This document shows positions 9,622-19,422 of a stretch of DNA of 39,056 bases, in pieces. Each line of letters begins with the position of its first letter. Within the stretch, counting starts at the first letter, position 1. Origin of the DNA: an uncultured Gemmatimonadaceae bacterium (GTDB taxonomy: Bacteria; Gemmatimonadota; Gemmatimonadetes; Longimicrobiales; RSA9); assembly GCA_964391035.1 (NCBI GenBank), contig CAYMLW010000004.1, forward strand, positions 1-39,056. Reading direction: 5' to 3'. The position numbers and the translations under genes were made by a program. Under the pieces are notes generated by a model, which saw only the letters and a program-made list of their open reading frames with translations, was not told the origin of the DNA and did not search any database.

Positions 9622-10439
9622 GGACGCTGACCGGCGCCGAGTTCCTGCTCACCATCTACACCGAGACCACGGCCGGTGAGCTGGTCGATGCTGACGGCAA
9701 CGTGACCTACGTCGTGCGCGACGGGGCCGGCGAACCCATCGACACGGGCAGCGCGACCAACGAGGACGTCGGCACCTACACCATCGAGGTCGCCCCGCTC
9801 GGCGAGCCTGACGAGCTGCGCGTCGAGGTGGCCTACGACGTCAACGGGGTCACTCGCACCGAGGACTACCCCGTCGAGGTCGTCGGCTCCCGCCTGGTGC
9901 CCTCCTGGCTCGCCCGTGACGTCATCAACGAGGACCGCAACGAGCAGGGCTACACCGACCTCCCCGACGACGACCTGGCCCGCATCATGCGCGAGGTCGA
10001 GGACACCTTCACCTCGGCGCTCGGCTTCCCGCCCTACCTCAAGCCGCTGCGCACCACCGTAGACAGCAAGGGCGGCCGGCGCCTCCGCGTGCCCGGCGCC
10101 GCGCTCCCCAAGGCCGTTTACACGGCCACGTTCGACGGCGAGGCCATCGACGGCGCCCTGGCTGAGCGGTTCCACCTCGTGCGCGAGGCCGACGGTCACT
10201 GGCCGCGCGGACGTATCGACCTCCACCTCGGCCACGGCTGGAGTGACACCCCGAGCGACCTCGTGCGCGCCGGCTACGTCTACGCGCGCGAGCTGGCCCG
10301 CAAGAGCACGCTCCCCTCGCGCGCTACTGAGGTGGCCACCGAGGGTGCCGTGTTCTCCCTGGCGACACCGGGCTCCGCGACGCCGACCGGGGTGCCCGAG
10401 GTCGACGGCGTGCTTCTGCGCTACCGGCTCAGGGTCTAG
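9618..10439 (+). CDS. head-to-tail adaptor with N-terminal Ig-like domain
   Basis: HGWSDTPSDLVRA and TGVPEVDGVLLRYR are typical of actinophage adaptors; N-terminal LVDAD...DVGTY beta domain. Confidence 0.8.
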   Translation: MRTLTGAEFLLTIYTETTAGELVDADGNVTYVVRDGAGEPIDTGSATNEDVGTYTIEVAPLGEPDELRVEVAYDVNGVTRTEDYPVEVVGSRLVPSWLARDVINEDRNEQGYTDLPDDDLARIMREVEDTFTSALGFPPYLKPLRTTVDSKGGRRLRVPGAALPKAVYTATFDGEAIDGALAERFHLVREADGHWPRGRIDLHLGHGWSDTPSDLVRAGYVYARELARKSTLPSRATEVATEGAVFSLATPGSATPTGVPEVDGVLLRYRLRV

Positions 10440-10451
10440 CGCTCCCCCATC

Positions 10452-10673
10452 ATGGCGCTCATGCAGACCTACACCTTCACGAGCGCCGTGAGCGTCGCCG
10501 AGCAGAGCCCCTACGCCGGGCTCGTGGTCGTCCACGCTCCTGCCGGTGATTACACCCCCGCCAGCGAGGCTGAGCGAGACCTCATCGAGCGTCGCCTCGT
10601 GCCCGCTGAGCGTGCCTACCTCAAGCCCGACGAGCCCGAGGGCTCGGACGACTCCAACCCGGAGGATGACTGA
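10452..10673 (+). CDS. hypothetical protein
   Basis: Small ORF filling the gap before the tail tube gene, typical codon usage. Confidence 0.7.
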   Translation: MALMQTYTFTSAVSVAEQSPYAGLVVVHAPAGDYTPASEAERDLIERRLVPAERAYLKPDEPEGSDDSNPEDD

Positions 10674-10675
10674 CC

Positions 10676-11620
10676 ATGCAGAGCCGTCTCGCGTTCGGGG
10701 GCCTCGCCCTCCAGAGTGCAAAGGAAACGCCCGCCACAGAGGCCGCGTACCGCTTCGGTCTGACCGGCGGTCAGGTCGTCTCTGCCGAAATCGAGGAGGA
10801 GGCCCTCAACCCGACCGGCGAGCAGCGTATCGCCGAGGGGCGGGAGCGCCTGACCGTGCAGCCGGGCGCGTCGCTCGAAATGTACGCCCTGCCCGAGTCC
10901 CTTGGGCTCCTGCTCATGGGCGCGTTCGGCGGGGTGTCCACCGACGGTCCGGGCCCCTACGACCACACGTTCTCCCCGGCCACCTCGTTGCCGTACCTCA
11001 CCGTGTTCGGTGAGCACAACAGCGACGGCTGGAGCGTCGAGGACGCCCGCGTCGACACCCTCGAAATCTCGTGGGACGGCACCGGCTCCGCAGAGGTCTC
11101 CGCTGAGCTGCTCGGCCGGCGCATCACCCCCGGCTCCTGGACCTACGCCGCGCACGAGCACTCGACCGCCCCGCTGCGCGGCGTCGGCGGCACCTTCGAG
11201 GTGGACGGCCAGGCGGCCCGCGTGATGAGCGGCTCGCTGAGCATCGCGAACAACCTCGAAGCCCTTGTGCTCTCGCGCGACGTCCAGCCTGACGACGTGG
11301 TGGTCGGCGGCAGCGAGGTCACCGTGAGCCTGACGGTCGCGGCTGAGAGCCTGGACCTCTGGCGGTCCATCCTGACCGGCAGTGCCGGCGGCACCGACCC
11401 CTCCGAGACCCCCTTCCAGGCCGACGCCAAGCTCACCCTGGTCTCCGGGACCGACTCCCTGGAGGTCGACGTGACCGAGGGCGTGTGGCTGGCCGAGTTC
11501 CCCGAGGCCGACCCCGACGGCGGCCCGGTCGAGCTGGAGCTGGAGGGCATCGTGCTGGAGAACGCAACCGCCGGCATCACCGCGCTCCTGACCAACGGCG
11601 TGGCTGACTACACCGCCTGA
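10676..11620 (+). CDS. major tail tube protein
   Basis: GGAGG RBS; LGLLLMGAFG...PYDHTFSPATSLPYLTV, SLSIANNLE and terminal LTNGVADY; lies before the chaperones and tape measure. Confidence 0.88.
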   Translation: MQSRLAFGGLALQSAKETPATEAAYRFGLTGGQVVSAEIEEEALNPTGEQRIAEGRERLTVQPGASLEMYALPESLGLLLMGAFGGVSTDGPGPYDHTFSPATSLPYLTVFGEHNSDGWSVEDARVDTLEISWDGTGSAEVSAELLGRRITPGSWTYAAHEHSTAPLRGVGGTFEVDGQAARVMSGSLSIANNLEALVLSRDVQPDDVVVGGSEVTVSLTVAAESLDLWRSILTGSAGGTDPSETPFQADAKLTLVSGTDSLEVDVTEGVWLAEFPEADPDGGPVELELEGIVLENATAGITALLTNGVADYTA

Positions 11621-11657
11621 TTTCCTACCCTCACCACCACCCACGAGGAGTAGCACT

Positions 11658-11945
11658 ATGAGCAAGGGCGCAATGCGCATCGACCTGGACATCGAGCTGG
11701 AGGGCGTCGGCTGGCGAACCGCCCACATCGGCCTGCCCGAGTTCGTGGCGGTGGAACGGGAGTTCGGCATCGCGGCGAGCGAGCTGAGCGGCGACTCCGG
11801 CCGCCTGGAGCCCATGCTTTTCATGGCGCACACCGCGCTCAAGCGCCAGAAGGTCTCCGGGGTGCCCTCGGCCTTCGATGACTTCCTGGCCGCAGTGGCC
11901 GACATCGGTGGCGAGGACGACGACGATGAGGGCGACGACGAGTGA
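11658..11945 (+). CDS. tail assembly chaperone (probable)
   Basis: GAGGAG RBS; FVAVEREFG..S..., FDDFL pattern; follows the tail tube gene. Confidence 0.7.
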   Translation: MSKGAMRIDLDIELEGVGWRTAHIGLPEFVAVEREFGIAASELSGDSGRLEPMLFMAHTALKRQKVSGVPSAFDDFLAAVADIGGEDDDDEGDDE

Positions 11946-12130
11946 CTCCCAAGCTGGCACGCCGGGTAGCTGCGGTGGCCCTGCGCACCGGCTGGACCCC
12001 GAGGGACGTGCTCGAAACGCCCCCCGAGGTGCTCGACGAGGTGCTGGCCATCCTCGACGAACGCGACCAACGCCAGCGCCGCGACCAAATGCGCGAGCGC
12101 CTGCGAGGCAAGGTGAAGGGCGGTGGCTAA
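11942..12130 (+). CDS. second tail assembly chaperone segment (probable)
   Basis: GTGA overlap; VALRTGWTPRDVLE pattern typical of gpT-like segments. Confidence 0.65.
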   Translation: MTPKLARRVAAVALRTGWTPRDVLETPPEVLDEVLAILDERDQRQRRDQMRERLRGKVKGGG

Positions 12131-12557
12131 GCGACTCTCCGGCGGCCTGGAGCTACAGCTCGAAGGCGGCGAGGCGTTCGTCAGGCAAATGCGCGCCGCC
12201 TCCAAGGAAATCAAGAGCGAGTTCGTCTCCGAGGGTCGCCAAATCGCCAAGGAGTTCCGCAAGGAGACCCGAGGTGACCTGCCCAAGCGCTCCGGCACCG
12301 CCCGCCGCGAGCTGCGCCACTTCGCCCGAGGCAACCGCGACGGCGTGACGGCCGGCGTGCGCTCCAGTCTCATCTACCACCCGGCGCTGCACTTCGGCTC
12401 CAAGGGCAAGTTCGGGGCCACGATGACCTCGCGCTACGGGCGCGCGCCACGCTTCGCTTTCGACGTCCGCGAGAAGCGTGCACCCGAGTGGGGCGAGCGC
12501 CTCCTGGAGCTGGTCGTCCAGGCGGCCCTTACGGTGCACTCGATACGCCGGGGCTGA
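12123..12557 (+). CDS. HK97 gp10-like neck/tail completion protein
   Basis: Basic protein with PKRSG..RRE, YHPALHFG and PRF motifs. Confidence 0.7.
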   Translation: MAKRLSGGLELQLEGGEAFVRQMRAASKEIKSEFVSEGRQIAKEFRKETRGDLPKRSGTARRELRHFARGNRDGVTAGVRSSLIYHPALHFGSKGKFGATMTSRYGRAPRFAFDVREKRAPEWGERLLELVVQAALTVHSIRRG

Positions 12558-12591
12558 AATCTCACCCCCGGACCAACCAGGAGTGTAAACG

Positions 12592-14736
12592 ATGTCTGCG
12601 CAGGAGCGCCTCAAGGTCGTCATCGACGGCGTGTCCGATGGTGCGCAGAAGGCATTTGACGACGTCGCCAAGGGTGCGCGGACCACCTCCGACAAGCTCA
12701 AGAGCGCCGGCAAGCAATCGCAGCGGTTCGGCAACCGGGTCACCCGCGGAATCAGCGGCCCGCTCCTCGGTGCCGGCGCCGCGCTCGTGGGCACCGCCAC
12801 CAAGGCGGCCCGCCAGGGCGACGCCATCGCTAAGGCTGCCGACCGTGCAGGCTTCGCGACCGACGCCTACCAGGAGTGGCAGTACGCCCTGGGCCAGTCC
12901 GGCATGAGTGCCGAGGAGACCGAAAAGACCATCGGGCGGCTCAATCAGCGCATGGCTGACGGCTCCCTGGACGTCATCGGCCCCTACTCCAAGGCGTTCG
13001 AGGAGCTGGGCGTCAACGTGAAGGACTCCAGCGGCGAAATGCGCTCGGCCGACGACGTCTTTGAGGAGTCGATGGAAGCCCTCGCGGGCGTCGCGAGCGA
13101 GGCTGACCAGGCCCGCCTCGCTGGCCGCATCTTCGGCACGAGGATGGGCCGCCAGGTGCTCCCGGCCCTGCGCAACGGTGCCGACGGCATGAGGGACCTG
13201 CGCCAGGAGGCCCGCGACGCCGGCCTGGTGATGGGCGAGGACTCGCTCCGGGGTGCGGAGGATTTCACCGACGCCATGAGCACCCTGCGGCAGCAGTTCG
13301 GCATGGTCGTCACACGCATCGGCAACAAGGTCATTCCCATCGTGACCGACAAGCTGGTGCCGGCCTTCCAGGACCACGTCGTGCCCGCCATCGACAAGGT
13401 GGGGGGTGCCATCGAGCGCGCCGTCGAGTGGTTCATCAACCTCGACCCCAAGGTCCAGGGCATCATCGGCGGCATCCTCGGGTTCGCCGCAGTCCTCGGT
13501 CCCGCCGCCATCGTGGTGGGCAAGCTCCTGGTGGTGCTCGGCGGCCTGGCCTCCGGGTTCGGGTCCGTCATCAAGGTCATCGGCATCGTGAGCAAGCTGC
13601 TCATGGCGAACCCGTGGGGCATCGCCATCGCGGCCGTCGCCGCCCTGGCTTACGCCGTCTACAAGCATTGGGACGAAATCAAGGCCGCTGTCCAGGCCGC
13701 CATCGAGTTCGTCATGGGCATCATCGGCCCGTGGGTCGAGCAGCTCCGCGCGCTCGTCGGCGGCTGGCTCGATGAGAACCGGCAGGCGTTCTCCGAGACC
13801 TGGGAGGCCATCAAGGGCTACATCGCCACGGCCATCGAGGTCATCAAGGGCGTCATCGACGCCGCCGTGAGCTTCCTGACGACTCTGTGGAGCGTATTCG
13901 GCGATGACATCATGGCCATCGCCGCGACCGCCTGGGACTACATCAAGGGCACGGTCGAAAACGTCATCACCATCGTGCAGGGCATCATCGAGACCGTGAT
14001 GGCGGTCATCCGGGGCGATTGGGGCGCCGCGTGGGACGGCATCAAGACCGTGCTGTCCGGCGTGTGGGAGCAAATCAAGCTCATCGTGCAGACCGCCATC
14101 GACCTCGTGGGCTCGGTCATCAGCGGCGTGCTCGAAGGCATCAAGGCTACCTGGAACGCCGCCTGGGACACCGTGACCGGCGCGGTCAGCGGTGCGTGGG
14201 ATGACATCACCACGGCGGTGGCCAGCGGCATCGGCGACGTGCTCAGTTGGGTCCGGGACCTCCCCGGCCGCATCCTGAGCGCCATCGGCGACCTCGGCTC
14301 GCTCCTGTGGAGTGCCGGCTGGGACATCATCGACGGCTTCATCGGCGGCATCACCTCCGGCTTCGACCGGGTCCGCGACACCCTCGGCAACCTCACCTCG
14401 ATGCTCCCCGACTGGAAGGGGCCGGAGGCGAAGGACCGCGTCATCCTGTCCGAGCCCGGTGAGCTGCTCATGCAGGGGCTCGGCGAGGGCATCGAGGGCG
14501 GTATGAGCAAGGTCCGCGCCGCGCTGTCCCGCGTGACCGACGAGGTCCGGGACCAGGCTGGCGACGCCCTCGACGGGCAGGTCGCCGGTCACTCCCTGGA
14601 GCGCTCGGTGACCCGGCCGCGAGGCCGCCGTGGGGGCGGTCGCCAGACCGTCGTTGTCGAGCTGGACGGGCGCGTGCTCGCTCGCGCCATCGGCTCGCCC
14701 CTGAGTGACGAGCTGCGCGTGAGGTTGGGGCGATGA
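12592..14736 (+). CDS. tape measure protein
   Basis: 714 aa, helical, MANPWG motif, periodic Trp repeats, PDWKGP near the C-terminus. Confidence 0.95.
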   Translation: MSAQERLKVVIDGVSDGAQKAFDDVAKGARTTSDKLKSAGKQSQRFGNRVTRGISGPLLGAGAALVGTATKAARQGDAIAKAADRAGFATDAYQEWQYALGQSGMSAEETEKTIGRLNQRMADGSLDVIGPYSKAFEELGVNVKDSSGEMRSADDVFEESMEALAGVASEADQARLAGRIFGTRMGRQVLPALRNGADGMRDLRQEARDAGLVMGEDSLRGAEDFTDAMSTLRQQFGMVVTRIGNKVIPIVTDKLVPAFQDHVVPAIDKVGGAIERAVEWFINLDPKVQGIIGGILGFAAVLGPAAIVVGKLLVVLGGLASGFGSVIKVIGIVSKLLMANPWGIAIAAVAALAYAVYKHWDEIKAAVQAAIEFVMGIIGPWVEQLRALVGGWLDENRQAFSETWEAIKGYIATAIEVIKGVIDAAVSFLTTLWSVFGDDIMAIAATAWDYIKGTVENVITIVQGIIETVMAVIRGDWGAAWDGIKTVLSGVWEQIKLIVQTAIDLVGSVISGVLEGIKATWNAAWDTVTGAVSGAWDDITTAVASGIGDVLSWVRDLPGRILSAIGDLGSLLWSAGWDIIDGFIGGITSGFDRVRDTLGNLTSMLPDWKGPEAKDRVILSEPGELLMQGLGEGIEGGMSKVRAALSRVTDEVRDQAGDALDGQVAGHSLERSVTRPRGRRGGGRQTVVVELDGRVLARAIGSPLSDELRVRLGR

Positions 14737-16700
14737 GCCACGCTTTCGACCTAGAGGTCTACGGCTCTCTCGACGGCTCCGCGTCGTCGTGGCACGACGT
14801 GGAGTACGAGGGCAACCAGCTCGAAATCGAGGACCGCACGGGCGAGCGCGCCCTGGCCCGGTTCGTGGCCGTGCTCGCTCGTGCCGACTCCCGAGCCCTG
14901 CTCGTGCAGGGCGCCCGCGTGCGCGTGACCGACGTCGCCGCCAGCGAGGTGGTGTTTGCTGGCCTCATCGAGAACGTGGACGCCGACCCCATCGCGTTCT
15001 CCGACTACGAGCGCTCGACCGTCGAGTGTGTAAACAACCACGCCATCGCCGACGACCGCATCGTGGCCGCATCGTGGGAAGGCGAGCGTGCCGGCAACAT
15101 CGTGCGCGACGTGGTGGACGACTACCTGGCCGAGGAGGGCGTGACCTACCGGCTGGAGGGCCAGGACGCCAACCCCACCGTCCGGCTCGGCCCGACCGTG
15201 CAGGAGACCCTGGCCAACTACGTGCCCGCCTCGAAGGTGCTGCGCCAGCTCGCCGACAAGGCCGGGTTCGTCTACCGCATCGACCGTGACCGGGTGCTCT
15301 GGTTCCACCCTCGCGACGACGAGCTGGCCCCGTTCGCCATCGACGGCTCGCTCATCGACCACGACTCCCTGCGCGTGCGGCGCTCCAGCGCGAAGTACCG
15401 CAACCGCCAGTACATCAAGGGCGGCAAGGCGACCACCGACGTGCAGGTCGAGCGACCGCTGAGCGGCTCCGGCTCCTCGCGCTCGTTCCCCCTGAGCTTC
15501 CCCGTGGCCAAGGCCCCCGAGGTCCGGCCGGTCTACCGCATCTTCGGCGACAAGCCGGGCACTGACGGCGACTACAAGAGCGCCTACTACGGCAACGTGT
15601 TCGAGGTGTTCGCCCCGGTGCGCCTCGGTCGCTGCTACATGAACGTCGACACCGCTGGCACCTATTCGGTCGAGGTGTACACCTGGACCGGCTTCCAGGA
15701 TGAGGGTGGCAGCGGCAAGGACCAACTTGTCGATAGCGCCAGCCTCACGTTTTCCTCGGACCAGGTTGGGGAGGACGTCGAGGTCGAGCTGGACATCACC
15801 CTGACCACGCCGGGGAAGTATTACATGGAGGAGCGCTCTCACGTCGGGAACACGAAGCGCTCAGTCAGCGACGAGTGGTACCACCCCGGAGACGAGCGCC
15901 CGCGCACCATCAAGCACATCGAGGGCGGCAGCGCGTCCGGCCATGACCACGCGGCGGCCATCTACGACACCTTCCACCTGGAGGTTGAGCGTCTCGACCC
16001 CGACGAGCTGGGCATCAAGGGCCTGGACAGCGGGCCAGCGTGGCTGTGGAGTGCCGGCGACGCCATCATCGGGCACGACTCTCAGGAGCCGATGCTCAAC
16101 GAGTTCGAGGGCATCGAGGTCACCTACCGGGGGCGTTACGATTTCGTGGCGCAAGCCTCGGACACCAACGAGCAGAACCGCCTGGCCGACCTGCGCGGCG
16201 GCTCCGGCCTCGTGGAGCACGCCGACGAGACCGAGCCGGTCGCCGACCGCGACGGCATCCTCGCCCACGCGGGCGCGATGCTGGAGCGCTGGAGCAGCAT
16301 GGGCCGTACGGTCACCGTGCAGCTCCGGCAGCCCGGCCTGGCCGCCGGTCAGCTCGTGGACGTCAACCTCCCCGATGCTGGCCTGACCGAGGCTGGCAAC
16401 CCGGTGCAGTTCTACGTGCAGTCGGTCGTGGCTCGGCCGCAGCCACGCTCCCCGCTCTACACCGCCGAGCTGGCCGAGGGCTACCCCGAGGGCTCGTGGG
16501 CGGACATCTTCCGCGAAATCCGCGACCTGGGCCCCTCTGTCATCGACAACGTCAACGTCGGCTCGGGCTCCATCGTGGTGCTCTCCGAGGCGGTGCAGGG
16601 CGAGGTCATCGACTGGAGCGAGGGCACGACGGCCAGCGCCTACGCCTGCCCCGTCCCCGGCACGAGCACCTACCCCAACACCAACCTCTACCCCTGCTAG
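14733..16700 (+). CDS. tail tip / baseplate hub protein
   Basis: Directly after the tape measure gene; hub-like motifs AGNIVRDVV, LADKAGFVYRID, YRNRQYIKGG, GLAAGQLVDVNLP. Confidence 0.8.
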   Translation: MSHAFDLEVYGSLDGSASSWHDVEYEGNQLEIEDRTGERALARFVAVLARADSRALLVQGARVRVTDVAASEVVFAGLIENVDADPIAFSDYERSTVECVNNHAIADDRIVAASWEGERAGNIVRDVVDDYLAEEGVTYRLEGQDANPTVRLGPTVQETLANYVPASKVLRQLADKAGFVYRIDRDRVLWFHPRDDELAPFAIDGSLIDHDSLRVRRSSAKYRNRQYIKGGKATTDVQVERPLSGSGSSRSFPLSFPVAKAPEVRPVYRIFGDKPGTDGDYKSAYYGNVFEVFAPVRLGRCYMNVDTAGTYSVEVYTWTGFQDEGGSGKDQLVDSASLTFSSDQVGEDVEVELDITLTTPGKYYMEERSHVGNTKRSVSDEWYHPGDERPRTIKHIEGGSASGHDHAAAIYDTFHLEVERLDPDELGIKGLDSGPAWLWSAGDAIIGHDSQEPMLNEFEGIEVTYRGRYDFVAQASDTNEQNRLADLRGGSGLVEHADETEPVADRDGILAHAGAMLERWSSMGRTVTVQLRQPGLAAGQLVDVNLPDAGLTEAGNPVQFYVQSVVARPQPRSPLYTAELAEGYPEGSWADIFREIRDLGPSVIDNVNVGSGSIVVLSEAVQGEVIDWSEGTTASAYACPVPGTSTYPNTNLYPC

Positions 16701-16710
16701 GAGGCCAAGC

Positions 16711-17169
16711 ATGGACGCCCTGACCTGGCTCGGCCGCGTGCGCGTGGTCGCCACCCACGAGGACGGCTCGACCACGGTCGAGGAGTTCCGCAACCTCCTC
16801 ACCCACGACGGCCTCGACCTGCTCCGCGACGCCCTGGCCGACGGGACCTCGCCGCGCATCGAGTATCTAGCGCTGGGGGATAACAGCACTCTCCCGAGCA
16901 CTGCGGACAGTGCGCTCTACAACGAGCGCGAGCGCTTCCAGGTGACCTCGCGCACCAAGAGCGGCACGGGCGAGCTGGTGACCACCGTCTACGTCGGCCC
17001 CGCTGACGCGACTGGCTACACCATCGAGGAGCTGGGCTGGTTCGCCGGTACCGACGCCTCGGGGGCGAGCGGCTCCGGCGTGCTCCTGGCCCGCGTCCTC
17101 TACAGCCGCAACAAGACGAACCTGGAGAGCTTGCAAATCGACCGCACCGACACCCTCGCGAGGGCGTGA
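16711..17169 (+). CDS. minor tail protein
   Basis: FRNLLTHDGL, IEYLALGD, DSALYNE, IEELGWF, LLARV, KTNLESL pattern common in tail-tip genes. Confidence 0.8.
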   Translation: MDALTWLGRVRVVATHEDGSTTVEEFRNLLTHDGLDLLRDALADGTSPRIEYLALGDNSTLPSTADSALYNERERFQVTSRTKSGTGELVTTVYVGPADATGYTIEELGWFAGTDASGASGSGVLLARVLYSRNKTNLESLQIDRTDTLARA

Positions 17170-17651
17170 TGAGCTACTCGAAAACCGGACCCTTCACCAA
17201 CGGCAGCGCCCCTGGCGTTGACGCCGATTTCCTGAACGAGGTCGAGCGCTCCCTGGAGGACGACCACGCCCCGGTCGACCACGACCACCAGGGCGATGAC
17301 CTCGACCTCGGCGACGTCACCGCCACGCAAATCTACGTCTACCTCGACGGGCTCAGTAACGGCGCTATCGCCCCTGGCGATTTCACCGTCTACCCCCGAG
17401 GGTTCTCCTACGGCATCGTCGGGGGCGGCTCTGCGGCGGGCTGGCCCGGCTACGGCGTCGTTTACACCGTCAAGAATGGCTCCACCCGAACCTTCCAGCT
17501 CCACGTCGGCCACACGACCCCCAACTTCGCTTTCCGGTCCTACTACAGCACTGCCGGCGGCTGGACCGAGTGGCAGCGCATGGACGCTGGCGTCCACGTC
17601 CAGTCGAGCGCGCCGACGAACAAGCGAACCGGCGACCTCTGGTTCTGGTGA
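17169..17651 (+). CDS. tail fibre / receptor-binding protein with knob-like domain
   Basis: N-terminal DADFLNEVE anchor; YPRGFS...GWP.YGVV...FRS...GWTEW knob-like motif; C-terminal SAP...GDLW. GTG start at 17166 also possible. Confidence 0.75.
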   Translation: MSYSKTGPFTNGSAPGVDADFLNEVERSLEDDHAPVDHDHQGDDLDLGDVTATQIYVYLDGLSNGAIAPGDFTVYPRGFSYGIVGGGSAAGWPGYGVVYTVKNGSTRTFQLHVGHTTPNFAFRSYYSTAGGWTEWQRMDAGVHVQSSAPTNKRTGDLWFW

Positions 17652-17660
17652 GGAGAGACC

Positions 17661-18308
17661 ATGCCAACCGCGCAACGCTGGACCGGCGCCTCGTGGGTCG
17701 ACCTCGAAACCGCGAAGCGGTGGACAGGTTCCTCGTGGGTCGACCTCGCCTTCGGGCGCCGCTGGACGGGCTCCGAGTGGGTCGACGTGCTTCGCGACCC
17801 GCCGACCACTGACATCTGGAACGCCGTGGAAACGCTCTCCTGGCGGGACACCTACGACTGGCGAACCGACAACGACTACGTCTACCAGGGCGAGTACCAG
17901 AGCTACGGCAACCACCGGGGCTGCATCTTCTACGGCTCCAACCTGACGAGCATCCGCAGCACCCTCGACGGCCGCAACATCGACGGTGCGTGGGTCAACC
18001 TCATCCGCCGCAACGCTGGCGGCAGCTCGGCCGCGCAGCCGGTGTACGCCTGGCTGCACGTCCTCGAAAACGCACCCTCCAGCTCCGGCGACCCTAAGCC
18101 CGCCTTCTACGGTGGCCCCGAGTACCTCGGGGACCTGGGTTGGGGCGACGCCAAGTGGCTCGCAATCCCGACGAGCTGGGTCGAGGGCATCCGTGACGGC
18201 ACCTACGACGGCATCGGCTTCTACCAGGCCGACACGAGCCCCTACGTCATCATGCGTGGCCGCAGCGAGTCGCAGGCGATGGGCAGTCTCCAGGTGAGCC
18301 ATTCGTAG
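17661..18308 (+). CDS. minor tail / receptor-associated protein
   Basis: Three RWTGxxWVD repeats, then an aromatic-rich domain with VYQGEY...NHRGCIFYG and GIGFY. Confidence 0.75.
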   Translation: MPTAQRWTGASWVDLETAKRWTGSSWVDLAFGRRWTGSEWVDVLRDPPTTDIWNAVETLSWRDTYDWRTDNDYVYQGEYQSYGNHRGCIFYGSNLTSIRSTLDGRNIDGAWVNLIRRNAGGSSAAQPVYAWLHVLENAPSSSGDPKPAFYGGPEYLGDLGWGDAKWLAIPTSWVEGIRDGTYDGIGFYQADTSPYVIMRGRSESQAMGSLQVSHS

Positions 18309-18371
18309 GGTCTAGCCCCCCTCCACCCTGGTCACTCAACCCCCGCAGTCGACCGAGTAGAGACCCTAACG

Positions 18372-18644
18372 ATGGCTGAGCACAGAGCCTCCCCTCCCCC
18401 GAGGGCCGAAATCCCCGTGTGGGTGACTCCCGAGGACGTGACGCTGGGCGAGGTCTACCGCCTGGCTGCCCGCACCGCTGAGGACGTCGCCTACGTGCGT
18501 GGGCGCGTCGAGTCGATGGGCGACCTTGAGCACCGCGTGACGAGCCTGGAGCAGTTCCGGCAACACATGGCCCGCTCGCTCCTGGCCTTGCTCGTGGCCA
18601 TCATCCCGCTCGCCCTGGTCGTCGCCGGCTTCAACGGCAACTAA
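18372..18644 (+). CDS. membrane protein, possible holin-like lysis protein
   Basis: Coiled coil (LEHRVTSLEQ) plus a C-terminal hydrophobic helix; directly upstream of the endolysin. Confidence 0.6.
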   Translation: MAEHRASPPPRAEIPVWVTPEDVTLGEVYRLAARTAEDVAYVRGRVESMGDLEHRVTSLEQFRQHMARSLLALLVAIIPLALVVAGFNGN

Positions 18645-18667
18645 TCCCACCCTCCGAGGAGACCAAC

Positions 18668-19420
18668 GTGAGCAAGCTCGAAAGCCTCATCCCCGGCAAG
18701 CACTACACCCGCCGCCAGTGGGGCGCCCCTTGGCTCTCCGGCGGCGCTCGACGCCCCCGGCGCGAGGTCGAGGGCATGACCATCCACCACACGACCGGTG
18801 ACACCCTCGGCAACCCGAACACCGTGGCGTGGGTCCTCAACATCTACCGCTTCCACACCGGCCCGCAACGCGGCTGGGCCGACATCGGCTACGCCTACCT
18901 CGTGGACCGCTACGGCAACGTGTTCACCGGCCGTGGCCGTTTCCGCCAGCTCGCTCACTCCCCTGGCTACAACCGCTCCCGGCTGGGCGTCGCCTACCTC
19001 GGGACCGGCCGCGCCGGGCACGTCACCCCGGAGGCCAAGCGCGCGTTCGTCGGCCTGCGCCACTGGCTCCGCGAGGGCGGCGGTATGCGAAACATGGACG
19101 GCCTCGATGGCCACCGCGACCTCAAGCTCACCTCCTGCCCTGGTGACGCCCTCTACGAGTGGGCCGTCCGGCAGGGGATGCCCCTGGAGAACGACCCCAC
19201 CGAAAACGAGGAGAACGAAATGAAGCGGCTCATCCACATCGACAGCCGGGGCGGCACCGCCTACGAGTTGGTCGACCACCCGTGCAAGCCCGGCGAGTAC
19301 GCGCTCCGGCCAGTGCCGAGCGCGGCAGCGGCCGAGGCCATCACGCGCGACAAGGATTGGGACCACAACACCGTTGTGATGCCCAAGAGCGATGCCGCCA
19401 AGCTCAGCGTGCTGCGCTGA
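18668..19420 (+). CDS. endolysin, N-acetylmuramoyl-L-alanine amidase (Amidase_2/PGRP-like)
   Basis: IHHT, RGWADIGYAYLVD..G.VF.GRG, AHS.GYN, GHRD...TSCPGD zinc amidase motifs. Confidence 0.95.
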   Translation: MSKLESLIPGKHYTRRQWGAPWLSGGARRPRREVEGMTIHHTTGDTLGNPNTVAWVLNIYRFHTGPQRGWADIGYAYLVDRYGNVFTGRGRFRQLAHSPGYNRSRLGVAYLGTGRAGHVTPEAKRAFVGLRHWLREGGGMRNMDGLDGHRDLKLTSCPGDALYEWAVRQGMPLENDPTENEENEMKRLIHIDSRGGTAYELVDHPCKPGEYALRPVPSAAAAEAITRDKDWDHNTVVMPKSDAAKLSVLR

Positions 19421-19422
19421 CC

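Noticed and set aside
11900-11945. Programmed -1 frameshift between the tail chaperone ORFs
   Set aside because: No canonical slippery heptamer seen, and the -1 frame has a stop at about 11927; a GTGA-coupled restart suffices.
458-14592. Long minus-strand ORFs opposite structural genes (458-1885, 4697-6535, 10616-12373, 12562-14592 and others)
   Set aside because: Antisense shadows expected from high-GC codon bias; no motifs, and they fully overlap well-supported plus-strand genes.
8404-18308. Diversity-generating retroelement or invertible tail-fibre system
   Set aside because: No reverse transcriptase, no template/variable repeat pair and no invertase near the tail genes.
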